64,000 bases of DNA from Coniocarpon cinnabarinum (Eukaryota). The translations under genes were made by a program, and so were the position numbers. The DNA is taken from NCBI GenBank assembly GCA_051942205.1, contig JAVECO010000032.1, forward strand, positions 1-64,000. The letters are read 5' to 3'. This document shows positions 60,744 through 64,000 of this stretch, in pieces (within the stretch, counting starts at the first letter, position 1; each line of letters begins with the position of its first letter). The notes under the pieces are model-generated. The model did not search any database and was not told the DNA's origin. It was given only the letters and a program-made list of their open reading frames with translations.

Positions 60744-62429
60744 TCAGGGAGGAATGTTTTCCTTTGATTCGACGGCCGAATTCTGCTGCTCTTGGACCTT
60801 CGAAGCTGCCTGCTTCGCCTCCATCTCCCTACGCTTCTTCTCGGCCCACTCACGGCTCGCCGCCCTGCCTTTCTCGGCAGCTTCAGCCCTGGCTCTTTTA
60901 GCTGCTGCACCTCGATCGAAGGGCTTCTCCTCCTTTTTAGACTCGACCTTGGGCTCCGGCTTTGAATTCAACTTCTTTTCGGCTAACACCGGGACCGTCA
61001 AGGACGGCCTGCTGATACTCCCGTTCCGTCTGAGCGCCGCTGCTTTGTTCTCCCTAACGATGGGCCCAGAGGACTTGCGCTCCTGAGTTTTGTTGGCGCC
61101 AGGCTTTGCAATGTCTGCCATAGCCGGGCGTGTTCGGCCGACGAGTGTGCTTGCGCGCTTCTGCGCATTCAGCGGCGAAGGCTTGGGTTGTGATGCAGGT
61201 TTTGTAGCTTCATTCGTCTTTGCCGCATCCTTGACAGTCGAGCCGACCATGGATCGACGTCGTTCATCTGGTTTGCGAACAGGCTTGATGGTCATGCCTG
61301 AAACCTGCTTCTTTTGAGCCTTTTGAGCGGCCATTTCATCTTGTCGTTTTTGCCGCTCTTCCTTTTGGGCCTTCATCTTGTCTCTGAGAGCTTCACTGGG
61401 CAGTTGAAACGTTGATTTGGTTGGCGGCTTCTTCGACAGTGCTGGCTTCGGAGGCGTACGTAGAGCTGCTATGCTAGACCGAGGCTTTTGAGTTCCGTCA
61501 GATACGTCTGTGCTAGGATCCGCAGTAGTATTCACTCTGCCATTGGTGCCGCTTGATTGAGAAGTTGAAGTCTTCTTCTTTGTTGCTAGTGAAGCGCGCA
61601 CAGAGCCGCTGCGTGCTGAGGTGTGCCCAATGTCCTTGCGTTCTCCCTTATTTTGTGTAGTCTGGAGACTTGTATCTTTCTGTATATCTTTCTGCGAGCC
61701 TCCCGTCTGAGATAAATTCTCCGAGGCTGTTCTCTTTAGCGACCGAGCCGGTGTTTCCTGAGCCGCTACTGTTGCGTCCTCAATAGCAGGCGACGCGAGT
61801 ACAGATTTGCCTGCAGCATCAACCAAAGGTGACATGGTCTCTGTTGATGCTTCCAAAGGCTTCTCAAAGAGGGATTGCAACTGCTGCGCTGCTTCAGAAC
61901 TCACAGCTGGATTATTTTGAGGATCTGGATTGATCTCGAGCTCTTCGGCGACCGCGGAAACCGCCAGTTTATCAACCTGCGACGGCGTCAAAGCTGCATC
62001 TTCCTGTCTTGTACTATCTGCAGACCCTTCAGACGGCTCGGGCGAAACATCTTGAGAAGAGGTCACGCTGGGCGTCGTCGGCCGCTCTTCTGCGATATCA
62101 GAAGCGCGTGTCGGGTTGTCAGTCTGCCTCTGATCTTGCTTTTGCGCAACAGTTTTTTTCGAGCCTTTGGATGTGCCCTTTTTAGTCCCGCGACCCACGC
62201 GGCGGGTGCTCTTGCCAGCTCTATCCTCGCCCTTCTCATTCACGGCTTCGATGGCGATTTCGACCTCGTTGATTGCGCTTGAAGTCATCTCAGCAAGGGC
62301 AGGACGTTCCTCAGCCTTCGCAGTCGAAACGACGGGCTCGGAGCCCTCCGTGGCAGTGTCATCAGTGGCTATATTGATATCTGATTCAGCCTCTTGGGCG
62401 CGAGCAGCAGCGCGTGTGTTGCGAGGCAT
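60744..62429 (-). CDS. Low-complexity protein with acidic N-half and basic C-half; conserved-looking helical blocks
   Basis: ~560-aa ORF containing KPPTKSTFQLPSEAL...KEERQKR and ARAEAAEKGRAASREWAEKK. Confidence 0.75.
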   Translation of the reverse strand: MPRNTRAAARAQEAESDINIATDDTATEGSEPVVSTAKAEERPALAEMTSSAINEVEIAIEAVNEKGEDRAGKSTRRVGRGTKKGTSKGSKKTVAQKQDQRQTDNPTRASDIAEERPTTPSVTSSQDVSPEPSEGSADSTRQEDAALTPSQVDKLAVSAVAEELEINPDPQNNPAVSSEAAQQLQSLFEKPLEASTETMSPLVDAAGKSVLASPAIEDATVAAQETPARSLKRTASENLSQTGGSQKDIQKDTSLQTTQNKGERKDIGHTSARSGSVRASLATKKKTSTSQSSGTNGRVNTTADPSTDVSDGTQKPRSSIAALRTPPKPALSKKPPTKSTFQLPSEALRDKMKAQKEERQKRQDEMAAQKAQKKQVSGMTIKPVRKPDERRRSMVGSTVKDAAKTNEATKPASQPKPSPLNAQKRASTLVGRTRPAMADIAKPGANKTQERKSSGPIVRENKAAALRRNGSISRPSLTVPVLAEKKLNSKPEPKVESKKEEKPFDRGAAAKRARAEAAEKGRAASREWAEKKRREMEAKQAASKVQEQQNSAVESKENIPP

Positions 62430-64000
62430 CGTGTAAAGCAAAGAGAACGCGTCTGAGTGACTTATATGGGTGCTGAAGGTATCAATGGGACAAGGGCACG
62501 GGGTACGATTCTGGCCTTGTGCCAGTCAGTAAACATTCATTTGCACAGCAACCGTAAGGCAACTAGCGGCATCCTTGGCATCATCACCGCGCCGCGGGAC
62601 CATTTTTCGCCTACTTTCATGGGTCCCGCGTCGGACTGTGTGATGCAATGACGGCGTATCAAAGCCGTGTGTCCTTCTGAGTGCGAAGCGAGCCTGTTGC
62701 GTGCTCAGGACAAGGCTCTATCCCTGCGCAAGTGGCAGTCCGCAGTGATAGCTTGCAAGCGGCGATTCTGCACGGAACTGATGTCCAGATCAGCGAAGTC
62801 GTAGGATGTTTCGTGGTAGCCCTTTCCTTCGCTGCAGAAGAGCCACGCTGCTTCAATGATCGGCGTGAAGCTCGGTAAACCTCCTGGAGACAGCTACGAC
62901 GTATGGACAAGACCTAGATGAAGATGTACAGCTACAACTAAAAAAACAACTCGGACTACTGCGTCTCAACGGCAGAGGAGTGCTCAATCTCGATAGGTGT
63001 GTATTCATCGGCAGGCTTCCGTGGCTCATTCTAGCCAAGACTGTATCCCCGGCAGGTAAGTACCTGTGTCAAGGATGTATTCCGTTCAATGGAAATCAGG
63101 GCATCCGTCCGCCCAGTATATCGCTTTGGCAGTGGTGAGGACATCAATAACGCGTTTATCATGTGGTTGTTGAACTCTTGCTCTCAAGAGACCGAAACAA
63201 GCCGACTTTCTACAGAGCAAAGGCGACGTTGAGAAATGTCAAACATGTTTCGGATGGGTGTGACGGTGTTTTCGGCAATTCGTTCGGAGCGGGAGGTTGT
63301 CCTAAAGAAAGGCAAGGAAAGCCTAATAGCTCGGTGCAAGGCGATTCGTGAAGCAAGAAAGGAATATCAACTTTTTTCGTCACTTTCCCACGTGAAAATA
63401 ATGCGAGGAGTGCGTCGCTCCAGAAGCTTGTCGCATGCGCATTGGTTATTCGCAAGGTATTGCGTATTGCTGCAAATCATTCGAAGCGTTCATACAAACA
63501 AGAGGTGCTTGAAGGTACGTACCCTCCCAAAATCGCAAAGCAATTGGCCACGCCGCGACCTTGACGCATGTCATGACAATGCAACGGTCATACTCATGTA
63601 TTAGCAACATGAATAAGGAATGGTGGGCGAAAGTGGCCAACCAATCACGCCCAAGTCTTTGCAACAAGCGTGCCGCGTTGCTTCGGAGTATGAGCGATCC
63701 CAACAAGCTGCTGTCCAGATTAGGTCAATATTGAAAATGTTATTGCTCCGAGAAACACAAAGAAAACGAAATTCGCAACGCGGCTTTATGATAGAGCAGT
63801 TGCCAGACAGACATACATCTTTGCCACTTGGCACTCGCTTCATCAAACCGCAGAAACCAAATTGTCTCAAACCGTTAGGGGAATGCAACCACGTCGGGGA
63901 GAGCAATCTAGGATCGGCGTTGCCGTGTCTTGTCTACCTATCAATACGATCCTCCAAGCGAGACATCGAGGCCGAAGCAACCGACGCCTGAATGGACGCA

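Overview
This is fungal (Pezizomycotina-like) genomic DNA with two contrasting compartments. The first ~13.5 kb holds two very AT-rich repeat islands that look RIP-mutated (about 1-1900, with a less mutated tail to 3242, and about 8600-13460). They are built largely from nested, TA-flanked copies of one ~1 kb non-coding element with inverted-repeat arms, and they enclose a single intact ENA-type P-type Na+/K+ ATPase gene whose upstream region has four PacC-type GCCAAG sites. From ~14.8 kb onward the window is gene-dense and intron-poor: SAK1-like kinase, MVD1, RPS23, NDC1, a Pep12/Vam3-like syntaxin, CYT2-type heme lyase, ELP1, COX VIIc, MTR4, STS1/Cut8, CIA1, Tctex-1 dynein light chain, an acid ceramidase/NAAA-like hydrolase, KGD4/YMR31, a hotdog acyl-CoA thioesterase, ADE12, a GPI cell-wall protein, CCP1, shugoshin, DAD2 and several hypothetical proteins. 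The most interesting observations are the self-nesting foldback-like element family and a possible decayed autonomous partner, the repeat-enclosed ENA locus, a shugoshin-DAD2-unknown trio with ACGCG motifs, two GC-AG introns, and one long hairpin-rich intron. All calls come from manual reading and motif recognition; no database searches were run.
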